A program made the translations under genes and the position numbers. The notes beneath the pieces were generated by a model. The model was not told the origin of the DNA, made no database searches, and was given only the letters and a program-made list of their open reading frames with translations. Below, piece after piece: positions 29,537 to 38,930 of a stretch of DNA of 64,000 nucleotides. Source of the stretch: an uncultured archaeon (GTDB lineage Archaea; Thermoproteota; Nitrososphaeria_A; Caldarchaeales; Wolframiiraptoraceae). Position 1 is the first letter of the stretch, and each line of letters begins with the position of its first letter. The stretch covers positions 119,047-183,046 of the forward strand of contig CALKCF010000006.1 of NCBI GenBank assembly GCA_938083505.1, in the 5' to 3' direction.

Positions 29537-30141
29537 GCTTCCTCTTTTGTATTGTCCCTCCGTTGGTTTTGTTGGGGCGAGGCGATCTCCGTTATTGCCT
29601 TAAGTAACTCTTTTTCATCAACTTCTGCCAACGTCCTCCACCCGACTTTTATCATGTCATCCTCAAATTTCGTAAGGTATCCTTTCTTAGTAAATCGCTC
29701 TATAACAGCCTCTACCCTCTGTCTTGGAAACTTTATCTCCAGGAGCTCCACCAGCTCCTTCTCGGAAGCCTTACCACCCTTCGTGAATATGTAGGAGAAT
29801 ACTGCAGCTAAGATTGCGACGTCCTCTATGTTCCAACCTGCGGCCACTATATCAGCGACAGAGAGCGGTTCGGAGAGTGTGACGAAAAACCTAGCCTTAT
29901 CAAAGTCATCTCGAGCCGGGCTATCACTCGACAGTTGATCGAATACTATCTTTACTCTAAGACCTATGCTATTCAATCTATTGTTCAACGCATCGATTAT
30001 CTTGAGGTAATTCTTACCCAACCTCCTACGTAGTTCCCAACCCCTGACACCTGGAAGCTTATGACTTGAGAAGAGAAGCATGCTGGTGGCTATCATTAAC
30101 TTCTTAGCTGTTCGTTCGGTCTCACTTTTTCTGTCTTCCAA
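29533..30141 (-). CDS. Kite-family tandem winged-helix protein (Nse1/Nse3-MAGE/ScpB-like)
   Basis: Third gene of smc-scpA operon; C-half resembles MAGE WH-B (IFTKGGKASEKEL...FTKKGYL...GWRTLAE); TTG 30141 follows GGAGGTG SD. Confidence 0.65.
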   Translation of the reverse strand: MEDRKSETERTAKKLMIATSMLLFSSHKLPGVRGWELRRRLGKNYLKIIDALNNRLNSIGLRVKIVFDQLSSDSPARDDFDKARFFVTLSEPLSVADIVAAGWNIEDVAILAAVFSYIFTKGGKASEKELVELLEIKFPRQRVEAVIERFTKKGYLTKFEDDMIKVGWRTLAEVDEKELLKAITEIASPQQNQRRDNTKEEA

Positions 30142-30913
30142 GATCCTTTGACACCTCCCCACCTCTTAATGAGACCACGAATGCTGCTACCTTCTCTCTC
30201 TTACGTTTTGAGAGAAACGGTATCACTTTTATCTCCCCAGTAAGGGGGTTCTTCTTTATCTCCGCTAAACCTTCACTGACGACGAAGCTGAGTACATAGG
30301 CTCTCCATACTGTCTCCTCAAAGGTGTCAGCCTTCACTATGGACCAATAATCTACTTCACCATCGCTTCCTGCCATCATGAGACAACTTTCGTGCATTCT
30401 CCTCACTTCCTCTTCTAACGTTACATCCTTCGCGTAACCAACCCCCTTTAAGATATGCAATGCATCCTCCTGAGTTGCCGGAAGTTTCTCATAAGCCCTA
30501 TCCTTAGGCGGCAACATTAAGAAATACTCTATCCCCTGCCTTAGCCTGTAAAGTGTAAGCTGTTCGGCTCTGACGATTGGTCTCCAGCTCCTAGCGAGTG
30601 CCGCAGCCAACTGCTTCGGTTCGGCAGAGGTTATCTTGAGCGACACCAATTGACTGTCTATGAAGAGCGACGAGGTCCTTTCCTTCAACCACTTTTGTTG
30701 TAGCGATATCAAAACGGCTATCTTATAAAGCGTCTCAGCATCGAGGATTATAATGTCCAAATCCTTATACTCTTCCAATATGCGTCTTAGCTTCATTAGG
30801 AGCTCCTTCACATTGACGGAGAATGGGTCCAGACCTTTATTCTCGATAGACTCGCAAAGCGCTATTATCCTCTCCAGCTCCTCTCTACTTATTGCCTTTT
30901 TTTCACGAGACAT
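30122..30913 (-). CDS. scpA: Kleisin (ScpA-like)
   Basis: N-terminal LDPFSVNV.EL...LD (cf. ScpA IDPWDIDI); C-terminal wHD VDYWSIV...RAYVLSFV.SEG...GEIKV. Confidence 0.75.
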   Translation of the reverse strand: MSREKKAISREELERIIALCESIENKGLDPFSVNVKELLMKLRRILEEYKDLDIIILDAETLYKIAVLISLQQKWLKERTSSLFIDSQLVSLKITSAEPKQLAAALARSWRPIVRAEQLTLYRLRQGIEYFLMLPPKDRAYEKLPATQEDALHILKGVGYAKDVTLEEEVRRMHESCLMMAGSDGEVDYWSIVKADTFEETVWRAYVLSFVVSEGLAEIKKNPLTGEIKVIPFLSKRKREKVAAFVVSLRGGEVSKDLGRQKK

Positions 30914-30919
30914 ACTGCA

Positions 30920-32707
30920 TTACCTTTCTACCACACCAACTGACGACTTTCCGCTGACGTTTTGGACGAGTATAACATTTGTATCATCGTCCACGTTTAT
31001 GTAACCGGGCGTTATTATTATGTACTGAACGTACGGATCGGCCTTGGCGGTTGCCGTCAACATCTTTATCATTCTTTCCCGATTAAGCGGATCTAAGTGG
31101 ACATCGAACTCATCGACAGCCCTGAACGGCGACTTAACGTACTTTTGCAGTGCAAGAAGGAAGGCGAGCGTCGCCACTATCCTCTCACCACCGCTTTGCG
31201 TATGGGAGTCTAAGAGTACGGGTTCGACGCCCCTGAAACCAACATAAAGGTCAAGAGATGCCTTCTCGATATCCTCTAAGTTACGTAGGGATATCTTACC
31301 ATTCGCATCAACAAACTTTAGTATTTGGATATAAGCCGGTTCGACCTCATCCACGAGCTCCCTTAGGAACCTCCTCCAAACTTCCTTTCTACGCTCAACT
31401 TCTTCCTTTGTCTTCTGTATGTTCTCAGATAACTGCTTGGCCTTCATCTCGACCTCGCTGTACTTAGCATCCGCTAAGATGTACATTTCTTCGGCGTTGG
31501 GTGTCACATTACCCAGGGAGCTTATTTGGATCTCTAGGATCTTCAAGTCCTCCTGGATTTCCGTCGGTTTTCTGCTGGTCTCGATTCGAGGCCCTTTCAG
31601 CTCAGCCTCAGACATCTGGGATGCGAGCTTAGTCTTCAGCTCGCTTAACTGGGACTTTAGTTTTCTCACCTCAGATTCCGTTAGATGTATCTTGAACCCT
31701 GCGACTCCTTCCTGTACCTTCTCCTTGATGAGTTCATCCATCAACCCATCTATCTTTTTTTCCAAATCGTCTAAAACTTCATACGTTTGAGATGTCGTCT
31801 CCCTTAATTGGCGCACTGTTTCACGAATCTTCTCGCGTAAAGCCCTGGCCCTTAACTCGCACTCCCTAGCCTCTTTGTCCAAACCCTCAATCTCTAAAAC
31901 AAGTGAAGCGATTTTATCCTCAACCCTCTTTACATCGTTCTCTAGTGCTATAACTTGAGACCATGCAAGCTCTCTTTCGAGTTCAAATCTATGCTCCTCA
32001 AACCTCCTGAGCTTTATCAGCTTCTCGTACTCTTCTTTCCAGTATTCAACGGTTGCCCTGGCTTCTTCTAGCGTCTTCTTGAAGTTCACTTCCTCTGTTA
32101 GTAACATGTTCAGCTTAGCCTCGGCATCCAATATCCTTTCCCTAAGTCTCGATGCGCCTACGGCATCCTCGACCATCTGGAGCTTCTCAATACTGCTTTT
32201 GGTGACGAACTGCTCTATCATGTTCTGGTGCATTATGATGAGCATATTATTGGGGTTAATGCCCACCTGCTTAAGCAAATGATCGACCTCGGCCTTTGTC
32301 ATGAATCTGTTGTTCACATAGTGCCAGTAGTCCCCATTCCTCTTCAGGTATCTTGCGACGGATACTGTGTCTGTATTTATCGTTTTGAATGCTCTTTTGC
32401 CGTTGTGAGCGCTATTGTCAAACACTACGGTGACCCTAGCAACATCCTTTCCGCGACGTATTAGGTCGCTTAGCCGCTCGCCCCTCTCTGTGTAAGTCTG
32501 ACCAAGGGCAACGGATATTCCAAGGAGTATTGAGGACTTTCCAGCACCGTTGGGTCCCATTATAACATTAAGGCCTGGTCTCAGCGGTATCCTGGAGTAT
32601 TCGTGGGACATGAAGTTCTCCAGGATTACCTCCTTTATGTGTGGTACAGACTTAGCCCTTTGCTTTAACTCGAGCCTTTCCGCAGACCGTTCGTCCGTAT
32701 CTTCCAC
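30920..32707 (-). CDS. Short SMC-family ATPase, Smc5/6-like (ClsN/Arcadin-4/ASRP-type)
   Basis: LENFMSH, GPNGAGKS, MHQ Q-loop, QSGGER signature, SPFRAVDEFDVHLD, IITP; 595 aa. Confidence 0.9.
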   Translation of the reverse strand: MEDTDERSAERLELKQRAKSVPHIKEVILENFMSHEYSRIPLRPGLNVIMGPNGAGKSSILLGISVALGQTYTERGERLSDLIRRGKDVARVTVVFDNSAHNGKRAFKTINTDTVSVARYLKRNGDYWHYVNNRFMTKAEVDHLLKQVGINPNNMLIIMHQNMIEQFVTKSSIEKLQMVEDAVGASRLRERILDAEAKLNMLLTEEVNFKKTLEEARATVEYWKEEYEKLIKLRRFEEHRFELERELAWSQVIALENDVKRVEDKIASLVLEIEGLDKEARECELRARALREKIRETVRQLRETTSQTYEVLDDLEKKIDGLMDELIKEKVQEGVAGFKIHLTESEVRKLKSQLSELKTKLASQMSEAELKGPRIETSRKPTEIQEDLKILEIQISSLGNVTPNAEEMYILADAKYSEVEMKAKQLSENIQKTKEEVERRKEVWRRFLRELVDEVEPAYIQILKFVDANGKISLRNLEDIEKASLDLYVGFRGVEPVLLDSHTQSGGERIVATLAFLLALQKYVKSPFRAVDEFDVHLDPLNRERMIKMLTATAKADPYVQYIIITPGYINVDDDTNVILVQNVSGKSSVGVVER

Positions 32708-32885
32708 TTTGGGAGTTCTCCTCCTTTTGTCCTTGATTCTAACTGCAGTATATTTAGTTTACCGGAAAGCTGATTGAGTTCGGAATGCCTTAAATTCTAA
32801 GGACCTCAATACTGCATGTTTGGCCATGATTTAGTAATTTTTATAATATTTTTGACGAAAACCTGCGACACTTGTCAAAAACATG

Positions 32886-33107
32886 CTAACCCTTCCAGAA
32901 GTGCGGCATGCTAGGCCCTACCACCGGTGATGAAAGCCTGCGTCTTCTCTTGCTGTGGTTATTGTACCTAGCCTTACGGCGCCTCTTTATAAATTCCTTA
33001 ACGAATGCTGAGAGCTTAGGAAGTAATCTTTCGGCGCTCATCCATAAAACTATAAGTATGATCGAGAAGACAACAGACTCTATTATTATGCTCGATAGGT
33101 TCAGCAT
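32886..33107 (-). CDS. Small single-TM protein with basic tail
   Basis: GGGTGAT SD upstream of ATG; hydrophobic N-helix then Arg/Lys-rich segment. Confidence 0.5.
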   Translation of the reverse strand: MLNLSSIIIESVVFSIILIVLWMSAERLLPKLSAFVKEFIKRRRKARYNNHSKRRRRLSSPVVGPSMPHFWKG

Positions 33108-33470
33108 AGAGGATCACCCAGAGGTTCCAATACCACTTGGACGCTTTAACGTTTTTGTTCCATGAATTTCGTTTTACATGGCTTATTTTCAGCAAAAAAG
33201 CGTCATATAATCCCTATTTTTCCATAAAACCATTTTATTTTTGAATTGGCGCGCGAAGGCCGTTATAATGGCAAAATTCTATAAACAGAGAACATAGGAC
33301 ACTATTTTGTTTATAGAGGTAGTGTATAGTGTCGCTTAGCACCTTTATCCGTGCATACTGGTCGAGTGACGATTTTAAAGGCCTGGCCGAAAACTTGCCA
33401 GGCTAGCCCATGAAAGTTTAATGAGGTACCAGTAAACGACAATTTATAAGAAAAGAAAGGGAGTCTACTT

Positions 33471-33890
33471 ATGACAAAGATCGAAACGAAGACTACGCTT
33501 GAGAAGTTCAGGAAGTTCGTGATAAGCAACTGCTGTGCGTCTTTCATCCCCAAAGAGTACATGGAGGATCCCACAGTTTTCCCGGAAAGGGACCCACCAG
33601 ATGGTACGATTCATGTGGAGGCAGTATCTAAGGTCCCCCTCAATCAGATCAGGAACGTGAGGTTCGTGAAGGTTGCTGAGGTTCTCGGTGTTCTATATTC
33701 CTCCAAGAGCGGCAACACGAATCTGAAGTGGAGGCAGATTAAGGGTAATATCGGCAAGCTCAGCGGTTATGCTTCTCCTAACTCCATAGTGAACCTATTG
33801 CATGTAGGTATACTAACACCCAGCCAGATACAGCAAATACTTTCCGCTTCAAAAGCGTCCCAGCAGGGCATGGAGGACAAAGAGGAATAA
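33471..33890 (+). CDS. Hypothetical protein (139 aa)
   Basis: Clean ORF with GGGAG SD; natural composition; no motif recognised. Confidence 0.7.
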   Translation: MTKIETKTTLEKFRKFVISNCCASFIPKEYMEDPTVFPERDPPDGTIHVEAVSKVPLNQIRNVRFVKVAEVLGVLYSSKSGNTNLKWRQIKGNIGKLSGYASPNSIVNLLHVGILTPSQIQQILSASKASQQGMEDKEE

Positions 33891-33932
33891 CCAGAACACT
33901 ACAGTGACGTGGGTCGATGGTACTGTGCTGTT

Positions 33933-33975
33933 TTAGTTCAGCTCCGCCGAAATTTTTTCTACGTAGCTGAACTAA
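33933..33975. terminator. 11-bp inverted repeat between convergent genes
   Basis: TTAGTTCAGCT (33933-33943) / AGCTGAACTAA (33965-33975). Confidence 0.5.
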
Positions 33976-33984
33976 TTCCGCGAC

Positions 33985-35268
33985 CTACTCAGCCAGTTGT
34001 GCAACATCCTTATAGTCCTCGATGTACTTGTTGGTGTACTTCGTTCCTGGTGGTATTGTCAGGTACGGGTTTACCCTCGTCCCGATAAGCTTGCAACCCT
34101 CTCTTATTCTTACTGCGTTACCTATGACTGAGTATTCGCCAATGTATGTTGAATTATTCTTAGAGGATTCTATGACTGACTTCCTACCGATGATGCTATC
34201 CACTATGTAGGCGTTATCACCAATCTTCACACCATCCATTATCGCAGACCTTTCAATCCTGACGTTTTCTCCTATTATACAATAATTGTCTATACAAGAG
34301 TCCCGTATTACCGTGCGCTCACCTATTCTCGTGTGTTTGCCTATTAAGGCCGCACCCTCGATGATTATCTTGCCATCCCTGTACTTTCTCAGCATATCAT
34401 CTCTAATCCTGTTAGACTCATTACCATAATCCTGTATCCATACATTCCTGTCCAGCTGAACGACGTCTCTTAGTATTCCGACGACGATTGAGCCCCTGAG
34501 TATCTCAACCATAGCCCTTAAGTATTCTTTTGGGTTGCCAACATCGTACCAAATGGATATCTCGTAGCCGTATACTGGGAAACCCCTGTCCACGAAGTAT
34601 GGTATCAAGTCATATCCGAAATCTAACCTTCTTCTTTCCTCTAAAATTTTCTTTATTTCATCGCCCTTGACGATCTCCCTCAATTCAGGTGATAGCAAGT
34701 ATATTCCAGCGTTTATCAAGTTGCTTGTTGCCTTTTCAGGTGCCGGCTTCTCTACGAATTTTTTTATCCTCATCTCACTATCAATATCAACCACACCATA
34801 TTCCTCTAGATTTTTCGCTCTAAAGAGGGCGATGGTCATCAATGCACTCTTCTTCTCGTGCCACCTAATGAAGTCCTCGAGGTTCATATCAAAGATGTTA
34901 TCACCTTGGACAACTATCACGGGTCCTTTTATGTCATAGTACTCAACGTTTATCCTATAGGAGTCGGCACTTCCCATATCGTCTACATTCGGCTGGTGCA
35001 TTATGTGTATTCCTGGCTTTATGGCATACTTTGCAGAAAACCCGGCACCGTCATCAAATCGGTCAAAAAGGTCCGTATAATTTGTGTAACCCTGCTCACC
35101 TAATATAAAATTTCTTACACCTTGTCTTGCTAACGTAAGCATTGGAAACTCTATCAGTGCACGGTTCATGAACCTTACGCATGGTTTAGAAATATCGTAC
35201 GTTAATGGTCTTAACCTTTTTGCCACACCACCGACAGGTATGAAGCACGTTAGGTCCTCAGCTTTCAT
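33985..35268 (-). CDS. NDP-sugar pyrophosphorylase with C-terminal left-handed beta-helix
   Basis: PVGGVAKRLRPLT, QGDN, FVEKP, NAGIY, DFGYD, WYDVG. Confidence 0.9.
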   Translation of the reverse strand: MKAEDLTCFIPVGGVAKRLRPLTYDISKPCVRFMNRALIEFPMLTLARQGVRNFILGEQGYTNYTDLFDRFDDGAGFSAKYAIKPGIHIMHQPNVDDMGSADSYRINVEYYDIKGPVIVVQGDNIFDMNLEDFIRWHEKKSALMTIALFRAKNLEEYGVVDIDSEMRIKKFVEKPAPEKATSNLINAGIYLLSPELREIVKGDEIKKILEERRRLDFGYDLIPYFVDRGFPVYGYEISIWYDVGNPKEYLRAMVEILRGSIVVGILRDVVQLDRNVWIQDYGNESNRIRDDMLRKYRDGKIIIEGAALIGKHTRIGERTVIRDSCIDNYCIIGENVRIERSAIMDGVKIGDNAYIVDSIIGRKSVIESSKNNSTYIGEYSVIGNAVRIREGCKLIGTRVNPYLTIPPGTKYTNKYIEDYKDVAQLAE

Positions 35269-35301
35269 AAGTAAGAATAATTTTGTAGAGATGTATATAT
35301 G

Positions 35302-35814
35302 TTATCTAAGCTTGCTTATGCAACGTTCGCATGGTATGTAACCCTTAACATCCGTATCGTGTATCCAATTACTGAAGTACATTACACACTTTATGTTGCT
35401 ACAGTGCTGGAGCCCGAGTAGGTGCCCAACCTCGTGACATATCTCCTTAATCATCCTCTCATGGTAAAGCGATTCGTTGTAGGGCAAACCATAGAACCTT
35501 GGGTCAAGCCTGTACGTCGAAACGACAGCGACACCTTTCAAAGCTATGCCAAAGCAATAATTCAACCCAGGTGCGTAAATGTCTACGTCGATTAAGAAGA
35601 GTAAGAGCTCGTCGGCCCCCTTCATTCTCAAAAGCATTTCAGCGATGGTAACTGCATTATGTTGTCTTCGCAAAGCATTAAAGCTGTGAAACGTAACGTT
35701 GAGTGTTTTTTCATCTACCGTAACATCAAGCCCATAAATTTCCTTTAGACGTTCCGCGACGACTTCAACAATTCTTCCGAAATGTGTTGACTGAGTCATT
35801 CTAAGCCTTTGCAT
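35302..35814 (-). CDS. amzA: Archaemetzincin Zn metalloprotease
   Basis: HEVGHLLGLQHC...CVMYFS...C..C. Confidence 0.92.
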   Translation of the reverse strand: MQRLRMTQSTHFGRIVEVVAERLKEIYGLDVTVDEKTLNVTFHSFNALRRQHNAVTIAEMLLRMKGADELLLFLIDVDIYAPGLNYCFGIALKGVAVVSTYRLDPRFYGLPYNESLYHERMIKEICHEVGHLLGLQHCSNIKCVMYFSNWIHDTDVKGYIPCERCISKLR

Positions 35815-35870
35815 TATGATTAAATAAAGACCTAATGTTTTATTAAGCTTAAATCATTGCGTGGGATAGG

Positions 35871-36458
35871 TTGGCGGAACTCTACATAATAGCCGGCGTT
35901 CCCGGCGTAGGTAAAACAACGATAGGCTCTTTGGCGGCGAAGTTGATGCGTACGAGGTTTATTGACCTGTCAGAATTTGTGAAATCTGATAGGCTTTATA
36001 CAACATACGATAGTAGAAGTAGGTCTTACGTTGTAGACCTCAGAACACTTTCGGCAGCTCTTAGTTCAGTAATAAAGGAGGAGGGCAGACCACCGATCGT
36101 TGCTACCCATATAGCGTTTAAGCCCAGAGGTTGCAAGGTGTTAAGGGTATTAGTGCTCAGGAAGAACCCACTGAGTCTGCTCACTGTGCTACGCTCCCGC
36201 GGATATCCTATCCGAAAGGTTGCTGAGAACGTTGCAGCAGAGCTTATGGATGAGCAATATGTTGAATTCGTTCACAAGTTCGGCCGCTCAAAGGTTGTCC
36301 AATTGGACATTACACATTTAAAGTGTCACGATGCTGCAAGAAAAGCGGTAAAGCTTTTATCTAAAGGAGGTAAGGGCGACGTTATCAACTGGATCTCTTT
36401 ACTGGAAAAAAATAGCAAGATAAATAGATTATTGTCATTTATCTCAACGTACTGCTGA
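35871..36458 (+). CDS. AK6/Fap7-family adenylate kinase/ATPase
   Basis: GVPGVGKTT, L..RGY...KV.ENV.AE. Confidence 0.85.
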   Translation: MAELYIIAGVPGVGKTTIGSLAAKLMRTRFIDLSEFVKSDRLYTTYDSRSRSYVVDLRTLSAALSSVIKEEGRPPIVATHIAFKPRGCKVLRVLVLRKNPLSLLTVLRSRGYPIRKVAENVAAELMDEQYVEFVHKFGRSKVVQLDITHLKCHDAARKAVKLLSKGGKGDVINWISLLEKNSKINRLLSFISTYC

Positions 36459-36469
36459 CGTTTAGTTGG

Positions 36470-37498
36470 CTACTTCTTCAGCAGAGTTTTTGCTTTTTCA
36501 GCTATCGCCTCTGCCATCTCGAACGTCGTGGCTGTACCGCCTAAGTCGTATGTGACTTTCTTTCTCTCAGCTATAACAGCTTCCGTGGCCTCAAATATCG
36601 CCTTTGCTATCTCAGCTTCACCTAAATATTCTAGCATCCACGCACCGGACAGTATCATTGCGGTTGGGTTCACCTTGTTCATGCCCTTGTACTTCGGTGC
36701 GCTTCCATGCGCCGGCTCGAACATCGCATAATTGTCGCCGAAATTTCCGGAATATATACAACCTATGCTGGCAACAAGTCCGGAAGCCTCCTCGGACAGT
36801 ATGTCCATGAACATGTTGGTTCCAAGTATAACGTTCTTGTTGAACCTTTCTGGATTTTTCACGAGCTGCTGTGCCATATTGTCTACAAAATACTCTTCAT
36901 AAGATATACCAGGATACTCTTTAGCAACTCTTTCCACAGATTCCCAGAACATTCCATCAGCTTCCTTCATTATGTTCCTCTTTGTGATGACTATCACCTT
37001 ATTCCAGCCCCTTGACTTAGCTATCTCGAATGCCTTCCTAGCTACCCTCTCAGACTGTTTCCTAGAAACCTTCCTGATAGCTATTGCGCAATCGTCAGAA
37101 AGCCTGACGTCGATTCCTGTGTAAAGGTCTTCTGTCCCCTCCCTAACGCATATGAAGTCAAGCTCGCCGAATCGTTCCTGCAAACCCTTGAAAGTCTTGA
37201 TCGGCCTTATGTTAGCATATAGATCAAATCTCTGCCTGATGCTTACTGCGACGCTCCTAGGCATGCCCCTTTCCCAGGGCGTTGTAGTCGGAGCCTTCAA
37301 ACACGCATCAGACTTCTCCAAAATTTCCCAGGTCTCAGGAGGTATTAGGGATGGGCCTCCATGCGCTTGCCACCACTCGAAACCAGCTTCTGACGGGATT
37401 ATCTTGACGTTGGGTTTAACTGCCTCAAAGACCCTTAGAAAGGCCTCAGAGAGCTCTGGCCCGACACCATCACCCTTTATTAAGGCGACCGTTTTCAT
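36470..37498 (-). CDS. Isocitrate/isopropylmalate dehydrogenase family protein
   Basis: GDGVGPE, DLYANIRP, REGTEDLY, FEPAHGSAP, NPTAMILS, TYDLGG. Confidence 0.93.
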   Translation of the reverse strand: MKTVALIKGDGVGPELSEAFLRVFEAVKPNVKIIPSEAGFEWWQAHGGPSLIPPETWEILEKSDACLKAPTTTPWERGMPRSVAVSIRQRFDLYANIRPIKTFKGLQERFGELDFICVREGTEDLYTGIDVRLSDDCAIAIRKVSRKQSERVARKAFEIAKSRGWNKVIVITKRNIMKEADGMFWESVERVAKEYPGISYEEYFVDNMAQQLVKNPERFNKNVILGTNMFMDILSEEASGLVASIGCIYSGNFGDNYAMFEPAHGSAPKYKGMNKVNPTAMILSGAWMLEYLGEAEIAKAIFEATEAVIAERKKVTYDLGGTATTFEMAEAIAEKAKTLLKK

Positions 37499-37564
37499 AA
37501 ACTTTTCACTAAAAAATAATTATCGATATAAACTGTTTAAATCTTTTTTGGTCGTAAAGCGGCT

Positions 37565-38065
37565 TTATTGTTTTGCTGGCCTTCGCTTTAGCTCAGCACC
37601 GCACTTCGCGCAGACGTTTAGGCTGCTAACACCGTACTCGCTCCTACAAACGGGACAGTAAGCTAGCCAGATTATTTGCTTCCTAATTCCGGGATAAAGA
37701 ACGCCGACGACTTTTATCGCCATACGCTTCGCAAGATTTTGTATACTGTAGTCGTCGCTCATTATGACGACTTCAATTCCTGCCTTGCTTTTATCTAGAG
37801 CTAGGGCCAAGACTTCTATGTCCGTTCGGGACAGCTTGATCATATCACCAGTCGAGATCGCGATTCTTTCCACCTCTTTGATGCTATATTCTGACGGTTT
37901 AGAAACCTCCAGCTGGCCGGAATAAACGGCGACCTCCACGACATTCTTTACGGATTCGTCGTGCATGACTTCCGAGATGACGGAAGGCGTAGTCGCGAAC
38001 TCCTTCTTTGAAAAGTCCGTCTGGCCGGATATAAGAGCCGTTGAGTCAAGAATGTATAGCCTCAA
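37565..38065 (-). CDS. nob1: Nob1 PIN endonuclease with Zn ribbon
   Basis: ILDSTA, LS.TD.EVLALA, SDDYSIQN, CPVC...CAKCG; start moved to TTG 38065 to avoid overlap with NAD kinase. Confidence 0.88.
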   Translation of the reverse strand: MRLYILDSTALISGQTDFSKKEFATTPSVISEVMHDESVKNVVEVAVYSGQLEVSKPSEYSIKEVERIAISTGDMIKLSRTDIEVLALALDKSKAGIEVVIMSDDYSIQNLAKRMAIKVVGVLYPGIRKQIIWLAYCPVCRSEYGVSSLNVCAKCGAELKRRPAKQ

Positions 38066-38078
38066 TTTTTTATGGTCT

Positions 38079-38879
38079 TTAGCGGAGGCGCTTCCTAAGT
38101 CTCCTTGCAAAACTGTACTCCCTCTTAACACGAACAAAACGAACGGTCTGTTCGGATTTGCTTATGATGAGTTTTTCTCTATCTAAAACTTCCCCAATTT
38201 GGCCATCAATCAGTACATGGAACTTCGGAGTTTTCAGGCGGAGGGTTATAAAGCTGTCAAGAGGTAGCACGAGCGGGCTCATCCTCGTAAGCGGACACAC
38301 AGGCACGATGACTACGACATCAAGTTTATGGTCAACAGCCGGACCTCCTGCGGACATGGCATAAGCGGTCGAGCCCAGCGGCGTCGAGATTATAACACCA
38401 TCAGCAACACCGTCGAGCAAAGCATAACCATCGCGCACGACTTCGAACTCAACGACCTTGCCGATGCGTTCACCTGAGATGTAAACTTCATTGACCACAT
38501 CTCCTAACTTCCTATTTTCAGTATAAACTGAGAGTTTTAGCGTCTCTTCAACCTCAAAATTCTCTTTGAGTATACTGTCTAGGACAACAGGCACCTCTTC
38601 TGGGTCGAGCTCAGAGAGATAGCCACCCCTGCCGAAGTTCACACCTAATATGGGCGTCCTGTAATCAGCCAAGGAATGTATGCTCCTCAGAATCGTACCA
38701 TCGCCACCAAGGGTTATGACGAGGTTCGCGATTATCTTCTTCCTTGTTTCCATGAGGCACTCGGAGTCTAAAACTTCGTTCTCAATCCCCATGGAGCTTA
38801 AGTGCTTAGAGAGCTCGCTGGCCATCTCCACAGCTTTGGCTTTTATCGATGCGTATACTATAGCTACCTTCTTGATCAA
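38079..38879 (-). CDS. nadK: NAD kinase
   Basis: GGDGT, GVNFG, NE, DGVIISTP.GSTAY..SAGGP, DGQ. Confidence 0.95.
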   Translation of the reverse strand: MIKKVAIVYASIKAKAVEMASELSKHLSSMGIENEVLDSECLMETRKKIIANLVITLGGDGTILRSIHSLADYRTPILGVNFGRGGYLSELDPEEVPVVLDSILKENFEVEETLKLSVYTENRKLGDVVNEVYISGERIGKVVEFEVVRDGYALLDGVADGVIISTPLGSTAYAMSAGGPAVDHKLDVVVIVPVCPLTRMSPLVLPLDSFITLRLKTPKFHVLIDGQIGEVLDREKLIISKSEQTVRFVRVKREYSFARRLRKRLR

Positions 38880-38930
38880 CGTTCTTTTACTCTCCCTAAC
38901 TTGCTCCCATTTCGTTAACTATAAATATTC

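Noticed and set aside
29533-32707. Wadjet/JetABCD defence system or canonical Smc-ScpAB condensin
   Set aside because: No Toprim nuclease (JetD) adjacent and gene order is smc-kleisin-kite; the ATPase is about half canonical Smc length with Smc6-like motifs
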